From: Camelus dromedarius
Lineage: Eukaryota
Reading direction: 5' to 3'
NCBI RefSeq assembly: GCF_036321535.1
Contig: NC_087437.1
Location: forward strand, 38,132,001-38,196,000
Length of the DNA stretch: 64,000 bases
Part shown: positions 26,674 to 39,564 of the stretch, piece by piece
Layout: each line of letters begins with the position of its first letter
How positions within the stretch are numbered: the stretch's first letter is position 1
The notes under the pieces: generated by a model
Database searches by the model: none
What the model saw: the letters and a program-made list of their open reading frames with translations, nothing else
What the model was told of the DNA's origin: nothing
Program-made: the position numbers and the translations under genes

Positions 26674-26982
26674 GTAGGAGACTTGACTGTGAATTTACAA
26701 AAGAAGATCAAAGATGTCCAAATATTAAATAAAAGATATTGATTTCCAGTATTCCAGCCAGATCCCAAAAGTGATTTTTTATTGTTTATTTTAATAAGAA
26801 AGCTGAAAAAAACTGTATAGATCAAGTTATAAGCATCTAGGCAGCAAATGTGTTGCACTATGTAAAGTTCACCAAGAATCTATGTATGACCTGTACCTGA
26901 ACTTCCTGACAAGGAAATTATTTCACTTTCAGAAAAAGTTTTTGAAAGGGTTACTGATTTCTGAATGAAATCTTTCTTTCAG

Positions 26983-27055
26983 GTTTTGTACAGTGTTAAT
27001 TGAAAAATAGCTGGAATATAATTTCAACATTGAAATGTGGCCACTAAAACATAAG
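26983..27055 (+). pseudogene. Exon h (GFVQC*LKNSWNIISTLKCGH*NIR) with two in-frame TAA
   Basis: TCTTTCTTTCAG/G acceptor, AAG/GTAAT donor; phase 1 to 2 bridges exons g and i exactly; stops at 26997 and 27045; all three frames contain a stop. Confidence 0.65.
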
Positions 27056-27069
27056 GTAATTTTCTCCAG

Positions 27070-29500
27070 ATGCCCCCATACACCACTAGCCCAACAAGCC
27101 CGGCGCGACAGGGATCCTTTCCCATTGTTCGGGCAGCACTGCTTGCCGATGTCCTTGTTTGCAGGTGTCTTGGGTGGCTCTATATGCTACTGTTGGCTTC
27201 GAATTCCCTGACAGTATAATCACAGTTCTTGGACAGAGGGGTGACTGAGCCAGTCATCATTTCAAAGGAAGCAGCCAGCTACTTACTGAGCATTAGGTAA
27301 AGCTGCCAGACACCTTGTCAACCCTCTGTACTGACACAGAAGAAATATCAAGAATCCACACTGAATCAGTGTTTGGACCCTGCTAGGATGCACAGTATCA
27401 CTGCTCTCCCTGTGTAGAGTTCTTCAGATATCAAAATGGGGAGACTTTCACTGGTCTCACACATGCTAACATTTTTGTAAAAGGAAACGTATTTCCATGT
27501 GAGCATAACAGCTTCTTCTTCCACAGTTTCCCATCCCCACCCAGTGTGTTAAGCTTTTTACTGCCCAGTGTGTTCCTAGGACTTCATGCTATAGAGCTGA
27601 GGTTGCATCAGTCCCCTCTAAGAAATATATCACACCAGGCATAATATTAAATTTGAGGTCACTACTTGGTTGAGATGATATATTGCACTGTTATCTGCCA
27701 AGATCCGTAAGAGGCCTGAATAGGCGCATGTTGGGAACCACCGCTTCTGCCACCTTGGTCTTTGGGAATGGGCTAATCTCTGCTCTTTCCCCTAGCTGCA
27801 GTATTTTTATTTAGTATATTGTCCAATATAGGGAGGTAATTTCATAGACTTCTACTTGCTTCTCCACTCTGATAGCTTTAACTTATAGGCCAAGGAACCA
27901 ATGTATGTATTCTGCCAACCATCACTCTGTCCATTCCCTTAATATGTTCAGGGGCAGGAAAATGACTGCCTGCATCTGTAGAAGTGACAGACCCTCTGTG
28001 AACCAGACTCCATCTATCATCCAGCTCCATAGACCCCTAATTAAAATAGTGAGCCGCGATGATACTTTGGGTTTCTGGGTATCAATGTCAACTTTGCCCT
28101 GGTGTCCAACAGTCCTTAAAATGTTTATGTATTCTCCATTTCCTTGTTTAGAATCAGCTGAATAAATGACTATAGATCAAATTGGGAAAGAACTGGGGAA
28201 ATCACTGTGCTATACAATTGTCACAGTATTCTGAGGGTCTCTTTCTCTCTGGAACCCAGTCTTGGTTTCAGGTAAAGGGTTCACCCATACGAAGTGGCTC
28301 AAAGAGAAATTAGACAATAGATCTTGTTATTACAGCCATTAAGTCATTTTTCCTTGATTTCTTTTAGTTGAACAGACTGAGTAATACCTTTGTTGGCTAT
28401 TCATCTGTCTTACTCCTAAGAATACAGTGTCTAAAACCATCTTCATAGCTCTCTGTGAGTTAGCTAGGTCCCCCTGACTGCCACTTAACCTCTGCAACTC
28501 ATTATAATTAAATGTTAAGCACCAACACCTGGTTTCTTTTATTTTTTGTTTCTATACTCACATTGCTTTCAGAAACTCCAGTCCTGTAATAACATTTCCT
28601 ACTCTGGGCCACCATCAACGCTGGTCTACACGGCTCATTTCAAAACTGCATTTCTTATCAGTTTGTTAAATGGATGTCCTCCAGGCCCACCTGTGAGACA
28701 GTTCTCTGCCTTACATAGTATACCCCTTCTAGCATACCCACTATGTTTATCTTTAATCCCTTCTTCCACCAGTTCCTATGTCAGCTTTAACAATGCTTCT
28801 TCACTTAGTGTGGGTCATCACTTTTTATACGCTTCCAAATGCCAATCGAGAAGCTTAATTGCATCCTGTCCTGGGGGACTTGCCAGTATATTAAATTCTA
28901 TTACCACAGGGAAATGCACCTATATTAATAAATTCTCATTTATCCAATTTTATACTACCTCTTGCTGGATCATAAACATTGAAGATATAATTCCATATAA
29001 CTCTTCACCACCTGCGGCTGGGACATGTTGACTCTACCTTATGGTTTGATTGCATGATAGATTTCCTTCCTCCTCAGCGGCCAGCACTTCCCTGGCTGCA
29101 TTTCCCGGCAATGACACCCCCTTTCAATTTATCAGCAGTGAAGTTTTAACAACTGTGCCACCTCAGCATCTGAGGGGTTATCACTACTTTATCTGACATG
29201 AGTGAAATGCTTCACTTTTTCATCAAGCTAAGAGGTAATCCAGCTCCAGAATCCCATTTTAGAATCTGTTTCCTCTGGCCACTTTTAACAATAACTGCTT
29301 TAGGTAAGTTTTCCTAGAAAGTGACCCTGTGATGGACATTTCCTTATAGAAGGTTGTTTGAGGGTGGCTCCTAGAAACACTGTTTCACTGTGGCTGTGCC
29401 ACAGGGTAAAATATAACATGAGGTGGCCAAGGTCAAAGGGCAGGTAAGTACCACCCAGGGAAAAGGACCAATGCATGACTTGAGGTCACTGATAAGACAG
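27070..29500 (-). mobile_element. ERVL-class internal (gag/pol) remnant with adjacent LTR fragment
   Basis: Reverse strand near 28610-28770 gives VEEGIK...GMLE..YYVR and GPGGHPFNKLIRNAV, resembling ERVL gag EEGIQRLREIGMLEWIY...GPEDTPFT; LTR-like sequence from about 29295. Confidence 0.75.
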
Positions 29501-31431
29501 ATGAAGTCGGCTTCATCTGTCATTAAAAAAAAAAAAGCTGTATATATATTTTTCTACAAAAATCTTGGAATTATCTTCTTACAGTTATTTTTGGTTGATC
29601 TTTAATACTAATACTTTATCTTTATACTTTAGTTTATATTTTTAAAAGAACATTGAAATATAAGAAACAAGTCTATAGTAAGATGAGGGGAGAGAAAATA
29701 TTTTGGAAACAAGGGTAGAAAAAACTCTCAAGTGTTCAAAGGATACAATGTCATCTGAATCATATTTTAATAGAGAGTTCACAGCACTCAGAAAAATGTT
29801 GGCTGTATGTTCAAAATAGAGACTTTATTGGATTATATCCTGACTCTAATGAGGCATTTATTATTTTAAAATACTTTGAAGCTAGTTTGGATGCTCTTAT
29901 TTCCAAAAAAAATTGTCTCCAGTTAATGTTTGTCTCCTGAGCTCCCAAACACACACATACACATGTGCATCTGCATGAGTACAATTTTTATTTTTATCTG
30001 AATTTCTCCTAAGTATCTCAAATATACCATATGCAAATTTAATATCATTGTCTCATCAACACTTCCTCACATACACATACAAATTTCCTCTCTTAGAATC
30101 TTTTTCTCTCCCTCTTGCAAATGGAAAAATTCTCCTTTTTCATCAAAATGTTTATTTTATTAACTTAACCTAAACTTTATAATTTACTTGATCTCACATT
30201 CGACCTAATAAATCATCAATTTCTATTGTTTCTCCCTCTTAAATACCGTCTTTCCACCTTCACTACTAATGTTCTTCCTTAGCTTCTGTCTAACCCCCCA
30301 TGGTTAAGTTTTCACTGGTTTCCCAAGTTCCAGTCATACCTATGTCCAATTCAACTTTCTCAATGTCTCCATTATTGCTAGAATCATAGGTTTTATGTGC
30401 ATATCACACGAATCTTGATTTGTAAAGTCATTGGCAAAATGGAAATACTTAGATGTGGCTGCAAGTTTTGGAAAGAGTTAAATATCATTGATTTGTAAAT
30501 GGGAGTTAATTTTGTTTGAAGTAAAAAGTAAAACGTAATTACATAATGATTTCGATTTCCTTGTGTTACTTCCAAATGTCACTGATATAAATCTTCCTTG
30601 TTATCTCTGTGCCATAATTAACTGAACTATCTAATGACTGAAAAATCAAGTTTTCGCTAATAATATGAAATTACCATAGCCCTGGCTGCTGTTCGTCCTA
30701 TACCTTCTCCATTTCTTTTCCAATGTTTTGTGATGCTATAATTATGTCTGATCAGTTTTAAGGTACCCAGAAGTGATGGGAAGGACCCTGTGAAAGCTGC
30801 ATTTGCCATTACAATGACTTTATTATAAAGATACTCTGAAGTTTTAGACTTCTCTGTGAGTTCTCCATCTCTAATCATATCAGTTTTTCAGAATAATAAA
30901 CTTTTTTTAACGAAAAAGAATATGCCTCTGTTTTTAACTTTAGAAGAATTACTTTGCAAAAAGACATCATAGGAAAAGAAGCATGAACTTTAACATAAAA
31001 AGAACTAGATACAAATTTCAGTTCAGCCACTTGCTGGCTAAGCAATACTAGACAAATGGTAAAATCTCTATGTACTTTTTCCAAATCTCCAGATGAAATG
31101 ACAATGAATTGGTTACAATATTACAGAGGAGATTCAGATAACTCACTGGAACATGTTACAAAGCATTTTCTTGATAACTTGAACATAAGCATCTTAGAGA
31201 CCTCATGAATGAGGCCTTTGAAATGGAACTTGAGAGTCCAATAATGAAATTCTGTTTTCACAATCTTTTATATAAATCACGAACACATGACAACCCATTT
31301 GATGGAGAGAGGCATGTATTGGTGGTAATCATTTACTGTCTGAGGACATAATGTCTAAGTGCTGTTAAAAAAATTCTGAAAGATGATATAATTCACAGAA
31401 GGCAGACTTAAATCTTCGATTTAACTTTTAG

Positions 31432-31535
31432 GTTTCAGTCCTGTCTGCAAGTTGTCAGTGCCAGCAGGCACGAGCAGATACGGGGCTCTGTCCAGGAGCA
31501 GCCATTGCAGATGTCCTTGACGAATCGAATCACCA
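31432..31535 (+). CDS. Candidate exon i (FQSCLQVVSASRHEQIRGSVQEQPLQMSLTNRIT), open
   Basis: TTAACTTTTAG/G acceptor, CCA/GTAAGT donor; phase 2 to 1; CpG-retaining. Confidence 0.75.
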
Positions 31536-31683
31536 GTAAGTTAGAACTGAACCTGCTTCACAGTAGTATCTAACCCATAAGCCTAGTTTGACTCTCCAGA
31601 GCCCTACTATTGGCTTATGTTATTTGCTCATATTGAATGATATTTCAAGAACTATCGTGTTCCTCACATCTTCTACTTTCCAG

Positions 31684-31768
31684 ATGTTACCCACTTCTGG
31701 AGAAGTCCCTATTTGAATAAACATCTGTGGAGGATTACCGGGCAAAACATTTCAAATCCTGCTCTCAG
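31684..31768 (+). CDS. Candidate exon j (NVTHFWRSPYLNKHLWRITGQNISNPAL-R), open
   Basis: TCTTCTACTTTCCAG acceptor, CAG/GTATGC donor; phase 1 to 2; 148-nt intron from exon i. Confidence 0.75.
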
Positions 31769-33749
31769 GTATGCAGCCAATGATTGCAGTGAGGTCAGTC
31801 AGTGACTTCCTCGGGCAGGTCATCATTACGAACATTCATATCAGGTCCGATTTGCTATTTAGGATGTGAATATACTATAAAAGAATAGGTTGGAGCTTAC
31901 TGTCATAAAGATAGCCAGATAGTTCATCTAAATTACAAGGTAATTTTGAAAATACTATGCCTTTTAGCAGATGGAATCATCAGGCTCAAAATGTGTTTTA
32001 AAAAAACGTTGGGTAAAAGCAGATATTTCTGTTACCAGTCTTCCCTGCAAAGGAGCTAAGAATGACTTTAGATGGGTTCTTCTGCTTTTTGTTCCTAGCA
32101 TGTGAGCTTTTGCATTATATTTTGCAATATGTTAGCTTAAAATCTGTTATAGACCATTCTGGTAATAAAAAATAGATGATAGTTATTACAAAAAATTAAC
32201 CTCCTAGACTGGGACTCAGTATAGGAGAGTTCATTTTAAGTGGAGCTCATCAAACTTCATAAATTGTGTACTTGTGTGAAAACAAAATGCATCTGAGAAT
32301 ATTAATGTTACATAGGTCCATAGTTTAGTTCAGCAAACCAAGTCAGTATTGGTATAATTATTGTCATCATTTAAGCCAATTGACATGTGTACTGGAATAA
32401 CTTTCCATATAGCGGTTATATAATTTAATCAGTCTCAAGCCTGCAACTTTTGTCATTTTTAAGTATTAAAAACTTTGTATATGTATTTGTGAATGTGTGT
32501 ATCTATACACAAATAATTGGTACAAGTGTAATAATCAGTAGATTGTCATCTATACTGCTCTGGTCTGGTTAAAATAGGAAGATTATTGTTGCTAAACAGA
32601 GCACCCTATACCTAGATAAGAAATTGAAAATTTTATTGATTTTTAAAATTCTACCAAGGAAAGCACTTAGAGCCATCATGACTTATGTACATCATGTTAG
32701 GAAATAGTTTATCAGAGCCTTTCAAATAAAAGTTCCAGTTAAGAATAGATATGAGCTTATCGAAATCCAGATCTTTCTCTCCCCTGGATGGCAGTAACCA
32801 GTGTAAATAAGACTTTACTCCTGGTATAGGAAACCTAATGAAGCTAATAGGAAGCATACATTTCCTAAGAAGGCATGATGTCATCATGGGTTAGCAAGTT
32901 AAACAGAAAAGATAAAGAGAATAAAGAAGAATGAAAATTTATTTTGATTTCCCCAAATTGAAGATGACTGGTGGCCCATCAAAAGTTCTACTTTTCTTTA
33001 CCAGGCTGGTATCCTAAACTTTTACTATAAGATTCTTTCAGTCACTATATATACGTGTGTGTGTGTGTGTGTACACTCAGCTTCTCAAGTTCACTTTGAA
33101 TCAACTCCACCATATTGCCAGTTCCTTCATGAATGAGTTAAAAGCATGTTAGGCATATACTCATTTAAAAACGGTCCTATTTCTGTTAGTTCTGAGTACT
33201 CTGAGAAGTCACGGTAAAAAGAACTAAAGCACCTTAAGGTGTTTGATTTCCCTCAAAGCCAAAGGTATTTCTCATATATCAAAAGTTTTATCATATAGTT
33301 GAGTTTGTCATAATGCACAAGAAGCATTAGTGCCAAAGATGATTTCTCCAAAACCTTGAGCCAATACACAGACTTAAGTAACCCAACTTCTTATTTCCCT
33401 TAGCATTTTTTCTCTCCTTCAGAGAAAGCTCTATGAAATCTTTAGTCTTTTTTTTTTCTCTCCTAGAATTGAATTGTAAAATATATCTCCTAAACTCCCA
33501 TTTTTCTAATTTTATGTGAGATACGGTTTATGGTTATCTTAGTACTTACAACTTGCAAGCATTTTACACAGGATGAGTTATATATGTAGGATTCTGGAAT
33601 TTCTTTCACTGCTGGAGATTTTGAGGCATGATCACTATTAATCTAATATATTCTTATTTACTAACTTGACTATTTCTTTGTGTCTCCTTGCTTTCCCTTC
33701 CCTTAACCTATAACACTCAAGCTTATTATGTAAATAAATGCTAGATGTA

Positions 33750-34040
33750 TCAGCAATAGGCAAAAAATGTCAACTATTAAGTTTGAATAAATATCTCAGC
33801 AATTGATAAAACAGCTAGAGAAAAAAATTAATTTATCTTAGATGATCTGAATAATGCTATCATTTTGGCTTAATAGACACTTTAGTACACTTCACCCCAC
33901 AACTGCAGGAAACACATTCTATTCAAATTCATGTGTTATATCCATGAAAGACCATATGCTGGGTCATAAAACAAAAATAATTCCCAATATACTTAAAATA
34001 ATTTAAATCATAAAAAATGTGACTTCAGACCAATAAGGCA
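33750..34040 (+). mobile_element. Decayed L1 ORF2 endonuclease fragment
   Basis: ACACTTCACCCCACAACTGCAGGAAACACATTCTATTCAAATTCATG ... GACCATATGCTGGGTCATAAAACA. Confidence 0.7.
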
Positions 34041-34167
34041 TGAATTATAACCATAGAACCTTCTATTTATTAGAAAACAATTGGATATATGCATAGACAT
34101 ATTGTTATTGACTAATAACAATAATTTTCATAAAGGACATTCTCAACTATCTAGTAATACAACACAC

Positions 34168-34460
34168 TTTTTTTTTTTTAATTGAAGTATAGTCAGTTTA
34201 CAATGTTGTGTTAATTTCTGGTGTACAGCATAATGTTTCAGTTGTTCTAAGTGAACTAAGGCAGAGAGTGGAAGAAAAATATCATGTGATATCATTTATA
34301 TATGGAACCTAAGAAAAAGACACAAATGAGATTTGTTTACAAAACAGAGATAGCCTCACAGACATAGAAAACAAACTTATAGTTACCAGGGGGGAAGGGG
34401 GTCGGAAGGGGTAAATTGGGAGTTTGAGATTTGCAAATACTGACTAATATATATAAATAA
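34168..34460 (-). mobile_element. Lineage-specific L1 3' end with 5' inversion (twin-priming-like)
   Basis: Poly(T) plus antisense L1 terminus at 34168-34245, joined directly to a sense L1 3'UTR piece at 34246-34460. Confidence 0.8.
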
Positions 34461-35482
34461 TAAAAATGCTAGATCTCTTATTCTTAATAACTCTCATTTT
34501 CCTAGGAACTAAATTAGTTTTTTATAAAGCTGCCCAGGAATACCATTATCATTGAATTTTACTTCAGCTTTTCAGATGTAAGTCTTGGTTTCTGTAGCAT
34601 ATATCATTTACCAACACAACTTTAAACTACAGAAGATTACTGAATTTAAATTTGATACATTATTTATAATTATATCAGAGTTAGTGGAGTCTGTTACAAG
34701 CTATTAAATTTGTTACACAAATGTTTCATTGGATCTAATAAGAATGAATGATTTCCTAATGTTGCTGTAACTAACTATAAAAACTAAGAAAATGAATTGA
34801 AAAGTAACTGAAATTCAACTTCCAGATGAACTAATATGGGAGCAAATTTATAAAAATATCTAGTAAAATACCAGTTCCTTAATTGTAATTCTATCTTCAA
34901 ATAAAACGAATGCTTGTTAAAATAGTAATCGGAATTACTATAATAATTTAACCCTTTTAAGCAGCTTTAATTATAATTTTAAATATTTCCTTTACCAAAT
35001 ATGTACTGATTTCTTTGTTATAATTAAAATATTGTGAAAATATGCTTTGAGTTTTGTTGTTAATTTAGTTACAATTCTAATAAACAAAAGCTTCAGGGGG
35101 TACATGGAAAAGTTATAGAAAACTCACTAACTTTCCTAATTCATCACAAAGTTATTGTTCCACAAAGAATATAATTAGTTCTTAAAATGTGATTCTGTTC
35201 TATGACTCATCAATGTTTTATTAGCACTCTTGAGAAATTTTTATAGTTTCATTAAATTCATAACAAAACAAGGTCAAATTTTCTTAACTTTTATTTTAGT
35301 TCATTTCTTCTGTTTCTTGGAGACAGTGTACCATTTGAAAACTGATTCTTCAACCAAAAAGATCAAAGTTTTCTTTAATTTTTAAAAATTTGTTTGTTAC
35401 CACAAAACTCAGTTTCAGTTTCTCTTATTATCTTAGTTTCCTTATTAGAAGCCTAAAAACAGACCCATATTTTTCTCTACAG

Positions 35483-35550
35483 GCATTTGGAAAATTATAA
35501 CACTACATAAGTGCCAAATATTTTATATAATTTTGGAGAGATGATCATTG
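35483..35550 (+). pseudogene. Candidate exon k (HLENYNTT*VPNILYNFGEMII)
   Basis: TTTTTCTCTACAG/G acceptor, TTG/GTAATA donor; phase 2 to 1 matches exon j; TAA at 35508. Confidence 0.55.
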
Positions 35551-35701
35551 GTAATAAAAAATTGTTATAACCAAGGTCTGTTTTCTCTCACCTGATATAA
35601 GGAAACTACAGAGCTAATTATTCCTGCATAAATTCTAGAGAAAAAATTAATAGCAAAATGTTATGTTTTTTTGTACAGAAAAATTATTTTATTATTGACA
35701 G

Positions 35702-35769
35702 AAATAGGTCTCTGGAAGATATTTTCAGAGACAACAAATAACTCACCTTTTGAGACTGTTGGCTAAACA
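35702..35769 (+). pseudogene. Candidate exon l (EIGLWKIFSETTNNSPFETVG*T)
   Basis: TTATTATTGACAG acceptor, ACA/GTAAAT donor; phase 1 to 0; one TAA; frame choice ambiguous. Confidence 0.35.
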
Positions 35770-36199
35770 GTAAATGAATACCTTCATTATTGGTTCAAGT
35801 GTGAACACTCATATTAGACTATTTAAAGATAAGGTCATCTTGGTGAAAAAGAAGTGAGTTTTTTTTACCACAGCAAATGGATGTGGTTCTGCCTTTATTA
35901 CTTACTCTAGGTCATCTGTAACTTATTTTTGAAGTACTAGTATCATATATGATCAATTTAATTAGCATAGATTCCCTTACGAAGCTTCCATTCAACAATG
36001 GGAAATAAAAATAATTCTTATTTTACATCCTTTCATTCAGTAGTATTTGGAGAAAGGAAAAAAATGTAGGCCAAAAACTTGTACTTTTCAGTTTGTATCA
36101 GAAGTGATTTATATACCCAGACATTTTGCTATATCAAAGCACAGATGTTTCTCTTTTGTCAACCTAAACATAGGAGGCCATAATCAAGTGAACAGCAGA

Positions 36200-38650
36200 T
36201 TCCTTAGATTGGGAAGAAAATGCCTTTATGGCTTTCCAGAACCTGAAAAGGGAATTTCTCAGTCTCTCTGCTTTAGGACATCCTAATTACCAACTTCCCT
36301 TCTTCTCTTTGTGTACAAAAGAGAGAGCAATTCTTAGGAGTGCTTACAAAAAGGCATGGTGGTCAACACCGGCCCCCTTGCTGTTACAGTCAACAATTAG
36401 ACCCTGTGGCCAGAGGTCTTCCCCTGTGCAAGAGAGCTATTTCAGTAGCAGCAGCCCTTACAAAATCAGCTGAGAAATAGTTATGGCCTCTCTGCTGAAC
36501 ATCTATGTTCCCCATGCAGTCGAAGTCATGCTCCATGCTTACCACACTCAGCGCCTTTCTGTCAGTGGTCTTATGTCATATGAAATATTCTTACTAACTT
36601 CTCCTCACATAACCCTTTCCCACCACATCAACCTCAACCCTGCAAGCCCTCTTCCTTTACCTGTTGACATAACTCCTCATGACTATGACTGATCATCTAT
36701 TAATTCCTAGGGCTGACTTAAATAAACCCTTTTTGCTAATGCTAAGATTTCATGATTTACTGATGATTCTTATTTGAAAAACAGGGAAGGAAAATGCTAT
36801 GCAATGTGCCTGCTATGCAATCACCTCCTATTTTGAAGAAATTGAGGCAGCTCTAATGCTGACCACCACTTCAGCCAGTGGGCAGAGCACCATGCTTTAA
36901 CTAGAGGGTACACCGTAGCAGAAGGCAGAACTCTGTACATTTGTGCAGATAGTCACTGTGTCTTTGGGTAGTTCAGGACTCTGATGTGCTTTGGAAACAA
37001 AGAGGATTCTTGACCTCAGGAGGAAACCAGATTAAGAATGGAAATTGAGTCAACATGTTGTTGGAATCCATTCAACTTCCATCTGTCCTAGACGTTATTA
37101 GGGTTCCTGGGCATTTAAAATTAAATTCAGATGAAACCCAAGGAAATAATTTTGCTGATCAAGCCACAAGGACAGCAGCCTTACAGGCCACCAAACTTGA
37201 AACAGTTATAGCAAATTTTGACTGCATTCAGAAAGATGATTTAATAAAAATGATCAAAGACAACCAATCTAAGGCATCAACCACATTAAGGCAGAAACCC
37301 CATTGACAAGGCACTGCTTTTTCATAACGATGAGTTTCTCTTTGAGTGTATTGTAATTTTGTGGTAAAAATTTCAAGGAAACACACACACACACATACAC
37401 AACCTCCTTCCACTGCCTCTTTCCAGGAGGGGAAAAGTAGGGTGGAGGGGTGAAGCTCTCTCTCCACACAGAAAGAAAAGACAGAGGAACAAATTAAACA
37501 CTGAATTGACAAAACCAAGATATTAGTTTTCAGTCCAGAGTTCATGAAAAATAAAGTACCACATAAAGAAAGGCTTTATTGAGCTGATAACGGTAGTATT
37601 TTTAGCCCATTAACCAATTTATGACATGGCCCAAATAAAAGACCTGTCTTGTCAGAGGCCATGAAAAGCCTCCCGATGGAAATGCCTTATCAGATGACCT
37701 GCTGGGCAGCAGATAAATGTATAAGCATTATAAAACTAAACTAGTGGGGAAATATTTCCAAGGCCAGTAAGAAGGCACAATTAACTTGTGTTGTATGTCC
37801 TAAATACAACCCAGAGAAAGCTGTTCAAACTGCCTCTGGACATTTTGACATTCCTAAAGGGTCTTTTGAGGTTGAGAAATGGATGCTATCCAGTTGCCTC
37901 CTTCCAAAGTCTATAAATTTGTTTTTCTTATGCTTTTTGTGTTTTTTCATTAGATTACAGCATTTCCTTGCCAACAGTCTACTACTGCTTTGGCAGTTGC
38001 AAAAATACTGTTACTGGCCATGTTATGAAACAAATCTGTGAGGTCTGGTCTATTCTATAACATTTTTATTGTGCTTATCACCCTCAGTCTTCAGGATTGG
38101 TAGAAAGAACAAACAATATTATTAAGAGTCAACTGGCAGAATTTATGGAGACCTTGAAATTGACTTGGCCTAAGGCATTTCCTCTGGTCCTTTTGAATCT
38201 GAGAGATACCCTCTTTGGGAAACACAGTATGTCGCCAATTGAAATCACTATTGGCAAACCTATGCATTTGGCTCACTCTGCTGTTGATACTAAACGAATT
38301 AAAGGAGATATGCTTCAATATCGCTAAGGACTAATCAGTGCCTTAGACAAAAAAACCAGACCCTGGTGGAATAATCTTCCCACAGTGTGCTCCTGGGAAA
38401 GGAACACCACAAACTTCACAATCTACAGCCAGTCAATTTTGTCTACTGGAAACGACAGTCTTCAAAGATTCTTCACAAGCTAGATGGAAAGGACCACTCA
38501 GGTACCCTTAACTAGTCCTTGTGCTATAAAGCCTAAAGATGTTTTTTCTGGGATTCATGTTTCTCATTTAAAGAAGGCTCTAAAGCCGAACTAGACTTCT
38601 GGACAGATTGGAGAATTTAGATTAAAGTTAACTAGGAAGTGAAGGAGAAG
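36200..38650 (+). mobile_element. ERV1 (gammaretrovirus-like) pol remnant: RT connection, RNase H, integrase
   Basis: Peptides ALGHPNYQLPF, YSQQLDPVARGLP, VPGHLKLNSDETQGNNFADQA (RNase H end), HPQSSGLVERTNNIIK and WIHVSHLKKA (integrase); many stops and frameshifts. Confidence 0.92.
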
Positions 38651-38841
38651 ACATCTGATGCTGACAGCTTTCTCAAGATTTGGGAGCAGACCAGTATATA
38701 CAGACGCACTGCTCTAACCTCATTACTGATCCTTTTCATAATAGATCTGCTCTATTGTATCGATTAATTTACTGAGTTTAATTATACTAATTTAATGTTC
38801 TTGATTAGGAAGTCCCAGTGAGCTGGCTGGTGGTTTCAGAA

Positions 38842-39564
38842 TGTTGCATGCAAGTTCATGTGCCCAATGCACAGTGAAGCCAAACAGACCAAAATGTTGG
38901 GTTCTGGAGCATAGAAAGAGTATTTAGTAGAGGAGGCACCAGCCAGGAAGCTGGGAGACCTAGATTCATCTCAAATTCATCTTGTTGACTGGCCAGGGCA
39001 CAAGGTTTTTAAATGCAAAGAAAGGTATAAAGGAGAGGTGGTCTTTGTGATTTCAGCTTCCTGATAAGACCTTAGTTGAAGACTTTCTGGCAGCATATCG
39101 TGACTCAGTGTGTCATTGGTGATTGTGATTTATCTGTGTCCCTGCAAAGCAAACTAGTAAATCGTGGTCTTATGATCTCTTAGCTTCTTCCTAGGAGAGA
39201 GCAAAAGCAATGGTTGATGTACTTTATTATTTTTTTAGAGCCTTCATGATGATTCAGGAGTTTCATTTCTTAATTGACCCTCCTGATGTCATCAATTTTA
39301 GTCCACTTGGGTCTAGCTGGTTGAAGCCATAGGACATTATCTCGACAGTTTGGGGTCATAAATCAAGACATTTGTTTAAGCTGACGATCATGGGAAAGAT
39401 TATGCTGGGCTTCCTTTTGCTTTGTTTCTGTGTTCCCTCACTTCCCTCATTAACAACTGTTTGAATCTGCTTATTGAAACTCACAGAAGTTCTAGGAGAT
39501 TAAAGTCTTTTTACAAACAAGAGGTCTGTTCCAGGAAGGCCTCATAGGTTCCTGCTCCGTTATA
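38842..39564 (-). mobile_element. ERV1 solo LTR inserted antisense between pol and env
   Basis: Ends TGTTGCATGCAAGTTC ... GTTCCTGCTCCGTTATA; imperfect 4-bp flanks AGAA/AGAC. Confidence 0.75.

Noticed and set aside
28546..29031. 161-aa + strand ORF
   Set aside because: Antisense shadow of the decayed ERVL gag region.
9436..35766. Stop-codon recoding, since most in-frame stops in the hidden gene are TAA
   Set aside because: AT-biased decay explains it. TGA stops and probable frameshifts also occur, and there is no basis for TAA reassignment in mammalian nuclear DNA.
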